Assembly: GCA_038045425.1 (NCBI GenBank)
Contig: JBBSYD010000045.1
Location: 1-36,210, forward strand
Origin: Nanobdellota archaeon
GTDB lineage: Archaea > Nanobdellota > Nanobdellia > Pacearchaeales > GW2011-AR1
Reading direction: 5' to 3'
DNA: 36,210 nucleotides
Shown here: positions 26,120 to 32,217 of the stretch, piece by piece
How positions within the stretch are numbered: position 1 is the first letter of the stretch
Layout: the number at the start of each line of letters is the position of its first letter
The notes under the pieces: generated by a model
What the model was told of the DNA's origin: nothing
The model's database searches: none
Seen by the model: only the letters and a program-made list of their open reading frames with translations
Made by a program: the position numbers and the translations under genes

Positions 26120-26140
26120 AATTTTTTATTATTGTTTTTA
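26120..26140 (+). terminator. Oligo-T archaeal-type terminator after the 684-aa gene
   Basis: A T6 run (26122-26127) and a T5 run (26135-26139) lie immediately after stop 26115-26117. Confidence 0.45.
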
Positions 26141-26150
26141 TTGGGGGGGA

Positions 26151-26162
26151 AAGATTTAAATA
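26151..26162 (+). promoter_or_regulatory. BRE/TATA box AAGATTTAAATA for the AbrB-PIN operon (leaderless)
   Basis: The TATA centre is about 26 nt upstream of ATG 26184. The same 12-mer class recurs at 27618, 29084 and 31090. Confidence 0.55.
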
Positions 26163-26183
26163 TCTCCGTATCATTCTTGTATC

Positions 26184-26402
26184 ATGGAAATAGAAGCAAT
26201 GACTAGGAGATGGGGAAATTCAATTGTAGTAGTTATACCTGCAAATGTAGTTGAGAGTGGGAAGTTTAAGGAGAATGAAAAAGTGAAATTTAGGGTTGAA
26301 AAAAGTAGAAAATTGAAAGTTAAGCACGTTTTTGGATTATTAAAAGATTGGAAGAGGCCTACGGACGAAATAATTAAAGAGGCAAGAAAGGGATGGGATT
26401 AA
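26184..26402 (+). CDS. vapB: AbrB/SpoVT/MazE-fold antitoxin (VapB-like)
   Basis: It carries the looped-hinge-helix motif RRWGNSIVVVIPANVV. It is small (72 aa) and overlaps the downstream PIN gene by 10 nt. Confidence 0.8.
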   Translation: MEIEAMTRRWGNSIVVVIPANVVESGKFKENEKVKFRVEKSRKLKVKHVFGLLKDWKRPTDEIIKEARKGWD

Positions 26403-26764
26403 ATTATTTTTTTGATAGTTATGCAATTATAGAGATAGTAAAAAATAATCCTAAGTATCTGCCTTATTCAGAGGAAGATATTGTTTTGACGTTGTTTAAT
26501 TTAGCCGAGGTTTATTGGTCAGCATTATTAGATTATGGGGAAGAAAGGGCGGATAAGATTTTTTCTGACTTTAGGGATAATATTGTAGAAGTAGATGATG
26601 AAACGCTTAAAGAAGCTATAAAATTTAGAAAAGAGCATAAAAAACAAGATCTTTCTTATACGGATTGTATTGGATATATTTATTCAAAACGTAATAATGT
26701 TAAATTTTTGACGGGAGATAGTCAATTTGAAAATTTCCCTTTTTTGGAATTTTTAACGAAGTAA
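26393..26764 (+). CDS. vapC: PIN-domain toxin (VapC-like)
   Basis: Acidic positions fall in canonical PIN order: YFFDSYAI, NLAEVY, LSYTDCIGY and FLTGDSQF. Confidence 0.8.
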   Translation: MGLNYFFDSYAIIEIVKNNPKYLPYSEEDIVLTLFNLAEVYWSALLDYGEERADKIFSDFRDNIVEVDDETLKEAIKFRKEHKKQDLSYTDCIGYIYSKRNNVKFLTGDSQFENFPFLEFLTK

Positions 26765-26874
26765 ATTATATTCTATTTTAAAATGGATTTTATGTGTAGA
26801 GATTTTATTTGATAAAAAGTTATTCGGTTTTGGGCTTTGGTGACTACGAAAAAAATAGCCTCAATAGTAAGTGA

Positions 26875-26896
26875 GGCGCGAAGCGCCGAACGCGCC
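26875..26896. other. Isolated GC-rich element with two mutually exclusive hairpins
   Basis: One fold is GGCGC-GAA-GCGCC (26875-26887). The alternative is GGCGCG (26875-26880) pairing with CGCGCC (26891-26896). It lies in an AT-rich intergenic region. Confidence 0.5.
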
Positions 26897-26938
26897 CGAC
26901 ATAGGAGATTATAATATATGAAATTGGATTTAAAACGG

Positions 26939-26958
26939 CGGTTAATAGTTATTAACCG
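26939..26958. repeat. Perfect 9-bp inverted repeat, CGGTTAATA-gt-TATTAACCG
   Basis: I checked the reverse complement by hand. It is intergenic. Confidence 0.85.
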
Positions 26959-27118
26959 AAGAGAAAAGACAAGTTAGTTAATTAGGTTTTTGATAATAAC
27001 AATCTTTAAATAGAATTTTAATTTTTACATGGGATGATAACATTGAGGAAAATATGATAGTTACATTTGCACACTGCACGAATTGCGTATTCGCTGGTAT
27101 GCAAAACAGGAGAAATAA

Positions 27119-27364
27119 ATGATAATCTGTTTTGCACATTACAAAGGTGGAACGGGGAAGACAACGAGTTGTTTGAGTGTTGCTGGATGGTTGGCTAAAT
27201 ATGGAAAAAGAGTTTTAGTTATTGATCTTGACCCTCAGGGGAATGCTACTTCTGGACTGGGAATTGATAAGAAAACTATTGATAAAAGTATGTTTGAAGT
27301 TATGAATAGAAAAAGTAATGGATTAATGAAAGCGGTTGTTCTTGAAACAGGAATTGATGGTTAA
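27119..27364 (+). pseudogene. ParA/Soj/MinD-type ATPase, N-terminal ~80 aa only (truncated fragment)
   Basis: AGGAG lies 6 nt upstream. It has the deviant Walker A YKGGTGKTT, then VLVIDLDPQGNAT. The ORF stops at residue 81, whereas family members are about 250 aa. Confidence 0.75.
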
Positions 27365-27455
27365 GGAAGCAATGGAATTGGGAGCTGAGGACTTTATTGT
27401 AAAGCCATTTGATGCTTCTAAGGTTGAATCGACTATAAAGAAGTTGTTGAAGTGA
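27357..27455 (+). pseudogene. C-terminal ~30 aa remnant of a CheY-like receiver domain
   Basis: VKEAMELGAEDFIVKPFDASKVESTIKKLLK* matches the alpha4-beta5-alpha5 end of receiver domains (GA.DFI.KPF). It is in a different frame from the abutting parA fragment. Confidence 0.6.
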
Positions 27456-27617
27456 GATTTAAATCGGAAAGAAATCTTTGCATTTCTGCTGTGATTGGGC
27501 GTTTCATATTTTTAAATTCTTCAAGATTAAGGTTAGAAAGTTCTGAATAATACAAAAGTGTACTAAAATTGTGTTATGGTGGAGTATCTTAAGGATATTT
27601 CGTTCAACGGTAATGAC

Positions 27618-27653
27618 AAGATTTATAAATACTATAAACTATAAGGTTTATAG
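27618..27653 (+). promoter_or_regulatory. BRE/TATA (AAGATTTATAAA) plus an 8-bp inverted-repeat operator for MNT/HEPN pair 1
   Basis: The TATA lies at 27618-27629. CTATAAAC (27632-27639) and GTTTATAG (27646-27653) form a perfect inverted repeat over the expected transcription start, 12 nt before ATG 27665. Confidence 0.5.
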
Positions 27654-27664
27654 CTATCAACCAA

Positions 27665-28273
27665 ATGGAGATAAAGAATAATACTTTAGACAAGATATTA
27701 AGCAGGTTAATCAAAGAACCTTTTGTGGATCATAGTGCTACTTCTCTAGCAAAATCTTTAGGTATAACACGACAAGGTTTATGGAAAACATTAAATAAGT
27801 TATCTAAGGATAATCTAATTTCTCTTAAGTCTATAGCAAATACAAAAAAAAGTACATTAAACATAAAGCTAAATTATAAAAATCTTATAACTGAAAAAGT
27901 TATTTCTTTATTATTGACAAAAGAGTCTTTAAATTATGAGAGATGGAGATTTAATTTTACTGAAATTAGCGATTATTCTAAATTTATTATATTATTTGGT
28001 AGTATTCTTCATTCTCCAAAAGAAGCTAATGACATTGATCTACTTTTAGTAGTGGATGATAAAAAGGATTTTAATACGATAAATAAAATAATGTGGAAAC
28101 TACAACAGACGCAAGTAAAGAAAATTCATTTTATCGCTCTTACAGAAAAAGAGTTAAAAGAGGAGTTTCAAATTAATAAAAATAAAGCTTATATCGATGC
28201 TTTTAAGAAAGGTATCGTTCTATTTGGTCAGGAGGATTATGTTAAATTTGTAGCAGGATTAAATAAAGAATGA
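27665..28273 (+). CDS. wHTH-fused minimal nucleotidyltransferase (MNT antitoxin-like), pair 1
   Basis: The N-terminal region is wHTH-like (ATSLAKSLGITRQGLWKTLNKL). The nucleotidyltransferase motif is GSILHSPKEANDIDLLLVVDD (GS-x9-DxD). Confidence 0.8.
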   Translation: MEIKNNTLDKILSRLIKEPFVDHSATSLAKSLGITRQGLWKTLNKLSKDNLISLKSIANTKKSTLNIKLNYKNLITEKVISLLLTKESLNYERWRFNFTEISDYSKFIILFGSILHSPKEANDIDLLLVVDDKKDFNTINKIMWKLQQTQVKKIHFIALTEKELKEEFQINKNKAYIDAFKKGIVLFGQEDYVKFVAGLNKE

Positions 28274-28824
28274 AAATAGAACAAGAGCTAAAAGACTGTT
28301 TTAGGACAGCAGAGAAAAACGAGAAAGCAGGAACAAAGCATAAGGGTTTACTGGCAAGAAGCCCAAATCAAGAAGAAGCAAAGGGATATATAGAAAAAGC
28401 TAAGAGGGAGCTTGAGCTTTGCAGTCTTTATAAAGAAAAAGGGTTTGATTATAAATTACCTGAAGAATGGTTTTACATATTATATTATTGTGCAATTGCG
28501 ATATTAGCTAAATTCGGAGTTGAATCGAGGAGCCAACGATATACTGCTCTCTTTCTTAAGTATGTTAAAGAGAAAGGCGTTATAGATTATGATAACGAGT
28601 TTATAGCGATGATTATAGTTCATGTAAAAAAAGGCGAAGTATCTCATGTTGATAAAAGAGAAGAAGCAAGGTATGGGCATTTAATTAAAATAGAAGGTAT
28701 AGAAAAAGAGTATGAAGAAACGACCCAATTATGCAAGAGAGCTATATTTCAAGCAGAAGAAATAGTATTTTCAAATAAAGAGTTTAAGGTTCCTGACGAG
28801 CTTTTAGGGATGACTGAAAAATGA
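28270..28824 (+). CDS. HEPN-domain protein (toxin-like), pair 1
   Basis: It has an ATGA overlap with the MNT gene. It is helical, with WFYILYYCAIAILAKFG and a late REEARYGH motif (R-x6-H). Confidence 0.65.
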   Translation: MKIEQELKDCFRTAEKNEKAGTKHKGLLARSPNQEEAKGYIEKAKRELELCSLYKEKGFDYKLPEEWFYILYYCAIAILAKFGVESRSQRYTALFLKYVKEKGVIDYDNEFIAMIIVHVKKGEVSHVDKREEARYGHLIKIEGIEKEYEETTQLCKRAIFQAEEIVFSNKEFKVPDELLGMTEK

Positions 28825-28870
28825 AAAAATTTGAGAATTTTTGCCTCTTAAACTCTAAAGGAGATTTAAG

Positions 28871-28918
28871 ATGATAAAAGTATTAGTTGTAGATGATAGC
28901 AGTTTTTCAGTTAATTAA
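28871..28918 (+). pseudogene. N-terminal 15 codons of a CheY-like response regulator, then a stop
   Basis: AAAGGAGA lies 7 nt upstream. MIKVLVVDDSSFSVN* reproduces the canonical receiver beta1 start (M.KVLVVDDS). Confidence 0.55.
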
Positions 28919-29060
28919 AAGAACGCAGGAAGAGAGATTCAAGCAGGGAACTATATCTGCGTTGGTTTACAATGTGAGAATGCAGAAATATAATGAAAAA
29001 TTGGCTAAGATTAATGAAGAATTGCCTGTGATGGAAGAGTTGTTGAAGAGTTATAAATAA
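28893..29060 (+). other. Orphan 55-codon ORF, probably a C-terminal remnant of an unidentified gene
   Basis: The frame is open and reads ..FQLIKRTQEERFKQGTISALVYNVRMQKYNEKLAKINEELPVMEELLKSYK*. It has no promoter or SD of its own and overlaps the receiver fragment. Confidence 0.25.
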
Positions 29061-29083
29061 CTTGATTTTGCGGTTACTTGCGG

Positions 29084-29133
29084 AAGATTTAAATATATCA
29101 AAATAGATATAATATTATATCAAAAAAGATATA
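29084..29133 (+). promoter_or_regulatory. BRE/TATA (AAGATTTAAATA) plus two tandem inverted-repeat operators for MNT/HEPN pair 2
   Basis: TATATC-n6-GATATA occurs twice, at 29094-29111 and 29116-29133, between the TATA box and ATG 29142. Confidence 0.5.
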
Positions 29134-29141
29134 ACTATAAT

Positions 29142-29738
29142 ATGTTAACAAAAACACATGGAAAAATCTTAGAAGTATTTGTATCAAAGATAAATAAGAA
29201 GTTTAGTATAAATGAGATTGCTCTGCTTTTGGGAAAGCCTTACGCTTTAATTTATAATTCAATTCAAGAACTAATTAAGTTAGAATTTATTAATTCTGAT
29301 GACAGAAAGTTATTGTCAATTAATTATTTTAATAACTTTGCTGAGCTTGCATATATTGAGTCGGGAAGAACTAAGGAAAGATTGAAAGGTGAAAAATCTG
29401 TTTCTTTGTTTATTAAGGATTGTTTGAAAGAGATTAATGAAGATTTTTTTACTTTTTTAATATTTGGTTCTTTTGTAGAAAAAAAGAGTTTTAATGATTT
29501 GGATGTTTTAATTATACTAGATAATTTTGATAAGATTGAAAAAAATGAAAAGATTATTAAAAATATTGCTTCAGACTTTTCATTTAAAGTGGATTTGCAG
29601 GTTATATCTAAAGAAAGTGTTCAGGAAATGCTTTCTAAGAAAGAGCAGAAAAATGTTATAAATGAGTCTTTAAATAAACATTTAATAGTTTTTGGAGGAG
29701 AGAACTATTACAAAATATTATCAAATGATAGAGGATAA
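29142..29738 (+). CDS. wHTH-fused minimal nucleotidyltransferase (MNT antitoxin-like), pair 2
   Basis: It has an N-terminal wHTH-like region. The nucleotidyltransferase motif is GSFVEKKSFNDLDVLIILD (GS-x8-DxD). The architecture matches 27665..28273. Confidence 0.8.
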   Translation: MLTKTHGKILEVFVSKINKKFSINEIALLLGKPYALIYNSIQELIKLEFINSDDRKLLSINYFNNFAELAYIESGRTKERLKGEKSVSLFIKDCLKEINEDFFTFLIFGSFVEKKSFNDLDVLIILDNFDKIEKNEKIIKNIASDFSFKVDLQVISKESVQEMLSKKEQKNVINESLNKHLIVFGGENYYKILSNDRG

Positions 29739-30309
29739 ACGGATAGAGGAAGCAAAGAGTAATGCTATCAAGAGTATAAATTCTGGAGTGATAGTGAAGA
29801 CTAAAGAAAGTTCTTATGTCGATTTTTTTATTAAAAATGCAAAAGATTCTCTTGATTCTGCAAAAATATTATTTGAATCTTCTATTAACGAAAAAACAAA
29901 AGTTGCTTTAGGAATGCCTAAATTTAATGGTTTTTTATGGGTAATAAATTCAAGTTACTACTCTATGTTTTACATGGCACGTGCTTTATTGGAAAGTGTT
30001 GGAGTAAAAATAAAAACGGATGAATCAATTCATTTTCTAGTGTACAATGCACTTATTTATTATTTTTATTCTACTGGAAGATTAGAGAGACATTTTATAG
30101 ATGATTTTGAAAATGCTCAAGATGAAGCAGTTCAAATCTTGGGAAAGGAAAAAGCAAGGGAGATGATAAGCAGTTATTCTAATGAAAAGGAAAAGAGAGC
30201 AAAGTTTACATATGAACTTGGTGAAATTGCTATGCTTGGGAAAGCTGGAACCTCTTTAGATAGGGCTAAGAGATTTATGGAAGAAGCAAGGAAGATACTG
30301 GATAGATAA
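29725..30309 (+). CDS. HEPN-domain protein, pair 2
   Basis: I prefer ATG 29725 (14-nt overlap with the MNT stop) over TTG 29692. It has SSYYSMFYMARALLESVGVKIKTDESIHF and a late KRAKFTYE motif, with no His after the Arg. Confidence 0.65.
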   Translation: MIEDKRIEEAKSNAIKSINSGVIVKTKESSYVDFFIKNAKDSLDSAKILFESSINEKTKVALGMPKFNGFLWVINSSYYSMFYMARALLESVGVKIKTDESIHFLVYNALIYYFYSTGRLERHFIDDFENAQDEAVQILGKEKAREMISSYSNEKEKRAKFTYELGEIAMLGKAGTSLDRAKRFMEEARKILDR

Positions 30310-30374
30310 AAGTATATTTTCTGAAATATACGTTACAGGGATAGGTTTTTAAATATAAAATTGCTGTATTATGT

Positions 30375-30725
30375 ATGGCAGAAGGGGCGAGAATAGAGTT
30401 GCAGAAGTTCTATGTTGGACGAACTACTTTATTTGGTTTGTATTACGGGGTTGTTTTGGGAGTTATATTTGGGATTTTTGCGTTTATTGTTTTAACAGTT
30501 GTTACTTTTCCAGATGGATTTGTTTCTTTCATGGAAGAGAATATTGGGCTTAGATTTAATATTGTTTTGTCTTCTGCCGTTTTTCTTTTGTTTGTAGTTT
30601 CTGGTTTAATTGCAGGTTCTCTAGGGTCTTGGTTATATAATATTGCGGCATCTATGCATGGAAAGATGCAATTTTATTTGATGGAAATAGATGAAGAACC
30701 TAAATTTGAGATGGGAAGCGTTTAG
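30375..30725 (+). CDS. Small integral membrane protein (116 aa, 2-3 TM helices)
   Basis: Hydrophobic segments are LFGLYYGVVLGVIFGIFAFIVLTVV and IVLSSAVFLLFVVSGLIAGSLGSWLY. A TTTTTAAATA box lies about 25-30 nt upstream. Confidence 0.65.
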   Translation: MAEGARIELQKFYVGRTTLFGLYYGVVLGVIFGIFAFIVLTVVTFPDGFVSFMEENIGLRFNIVLSSAVFLLFVVSGLIAGSLGSWLYNIAASMHGKMQFYLMEIDEEPKFEMGSV

Positions 30726-30832
30726 GTAGGATTTTGGAAGTAGTTATATGATGTTTTATTTTGTTTGAGAAATATTGTTGGATAAATAAAAATTACTAAT
30801 ACTAATAAAGGATGTTGTATCTGTTGAATCAT

Positions 30833-31036
30833 TTATTTCTTCTTCCAAAAGAAACCCGCTTTGCTTTCTAATCTTTCAATCTTATTTTCATTTGCTAAAT
30901 CCATTAAAATTCTGTATAACAAGTGCCAATTTATTATTTTATCTACTTTCTTTTGAAGTTCTGAAAGAATCTCATTTGTGCTTTTTATCGTTGTTTTTGA
31001 TAAGATTTCTAAGACATTTTCTTTGTATTTGCTCAT
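30833..31036 (-). CDS. Small winged-helix DNA-binding protein (67 aa)
   Basis: I trimmed the start from TTG 31042 to ATG 31036. NVLEILSK..STNEILSELQKKVDKIINWHLLYRILMDLANENKIERL follows an H2-H3-wing pattern. A TATA box lies on the minus strand at 31058-31065. Confidence 0.6.
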   Translation of the reverse strand: MSKYKENVLEILSKTTIKSTNEILSELQKKVDKIINWHLLYRILMDLANENKIERLESKAGFFWKKK

Positions 31037-31057
31037 ATACAAAGGTTTGTATTAATA

Positions 31058-31065
31058 CTTTATAG
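31058..31065 (-). promoter_or_regulatory. TATA-like box (CTATAAAG on the minus strand) for the wHTH gene
   Basis: It is centred about 25 nt upstream of the minus-strand ATG at 31036. Confidence 0.4.
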
Positions 31066-31089
31066 CCCAATATCCAAACCTTTGGACTA

Positions 31090-31101
31090 AAGATTTATAA
31101 A
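31090..31101 (+). promoter_or_regulatory. BRE/TATA AAGATTTATAAA for the 31126 gene (leaderless), divergent from the wHTH gene
   Basis: The TATA centre is about 29 nt upstream of ATG 31126. Confidence 0.5.
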
Positions 31102-31125
31102 CGAGGAACTTTTATATCTTTTATT

Positions 31126-31737
31126 ATGAAAGAAAATCATAAGAATAGAAATAGATTTTGGATAGGCATTATAGTGATTATTGCTATCGCGATTATTTTT
31201 GTTTTTATTTTAAATAATACTTCTCAAAATGACTTAATTTGTAACTCTCCTTATATTAAAGTTGGTAATTCTTGCTGTTTAGATCAAAACTCAAATAGCG
31301 CTTGCGATGCAGATGAAAAAACACTAGAAGGAAAGGGGGCAGTTTACGCTTCTCTTACAAATTTTTATGGTGAACTTAAATGGACTAATCTTCTAGACAT
31401 TACATATTCTTCTGCAGGTTTGGTTCCAGATAAATGCCCCAATGGTAAAAATAAGGGAGATATAATTATGGAGTTTAGTTTGAAGAACTTAGAGGATGAT
31501 AGCTTTGATTATAGATGTGAAATTGAGTTAACCGAAGGCGAAGACATTGGAGTTTATAGTCCAAGTTCAGATGTATGGATTCTAAGAAAGAGCGAGGGAT
31601 ATTCCCTGAGTGGTAAGGTTGCTTTGGAACAGAGTTTAAGAAATCAACATACTATCAAAGTTTGTTGTGCGCCATATTTAGATATAAATCAAGATCAAAA
31701 TATATGCAAATATCTAATATTGCCTTCTTTTTGCTAA
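31126..31737 (+). CDS. Membrane-anchored Cys-rich extracellular protein (203 aa)
   Basis: An N-terminal TM helix (FWIGIIVIIAIAIIFVFIL) is followed by CNSPYIKVGNSCCLDQNSNSACDADE and further paired cysteines. Confidence 0.7.
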   Translation: MKENHKNRNRFWIGIIVIIAIAIIFVFILNNTSQNDLICNSPYIKVGNSCCLDQNSNSACDADEKTLEGKGAVYASLTNFYGELKWTNLLDITYSSAGLVPDKCPNGKNKGDIIMEFSLKNLEDDSFDYRCEIELTEGEDIGVYSPSSDVWILRKSEGYSLSGKVALEQSLRNQHTIKVCCAPYLDINQDQNICKYLILPSFC

Positions 31738-31738
31738 T

Positions 31739-32182
31739 ATGAAAAATAATACAAAATGGATAATTGGAATTATTATCAGTATTTTAATTGTAATTGGATT
31801 TTTTAATAGTCCTAATATAAAATTGGTTCGCCAGTCTGGGTCGGATTATACTTGTCCAAACATCTTATATCCTTTTTTTGATGTATCCTTTTCAAATGAG
31901 GGAAGTGCGGGTACTGATTTATGCATTAATTTGAATTCTCCGAATGAAAATGTTAGTTTTATAAAAAATAATGATTGTTTATTTATTGGCTCAAATGAAC
32001 AAACACAATTTAAGTTTGTTATAAATGAAACTTCTCTTTCTAGATTGGATAATGTGTCAATAATATATAGTTATAATTATAAAAAATGGTTTTTTAATCA
32101 TGAAAATAATACAATTTCTTGTGAATATGCTAAAGAAAATAATTGGCAGTTTATATTAAGATCTCAAAAAACACTAAATTAA
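31739..32182 (+). CDS. Membrane-anchored extracellular protein (147 aa)
   Basis: It starts 1 nt after the upstream stop and has an N-terminal TM helix (WIIGIIISILIVIGFF). Confidence 0.65.
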   Translation: MKNNTKWIIGIIISILIVIGFFNSPNIKLVRQSGSDYTCPNILYPFFDVSFSNEGSAGTDLCINLNSPNENVSFIKNNDCLFIGSNEQTQFKFVINETSLSRLDNVSIIYSYNYKKWFFNHENNTISCEYAKENNWQFILRSQKTLN

Positions 32183-32217
32183 ATTCCAGTCTAGTTCACT
32201 CTTTCTTTCATAATTTC

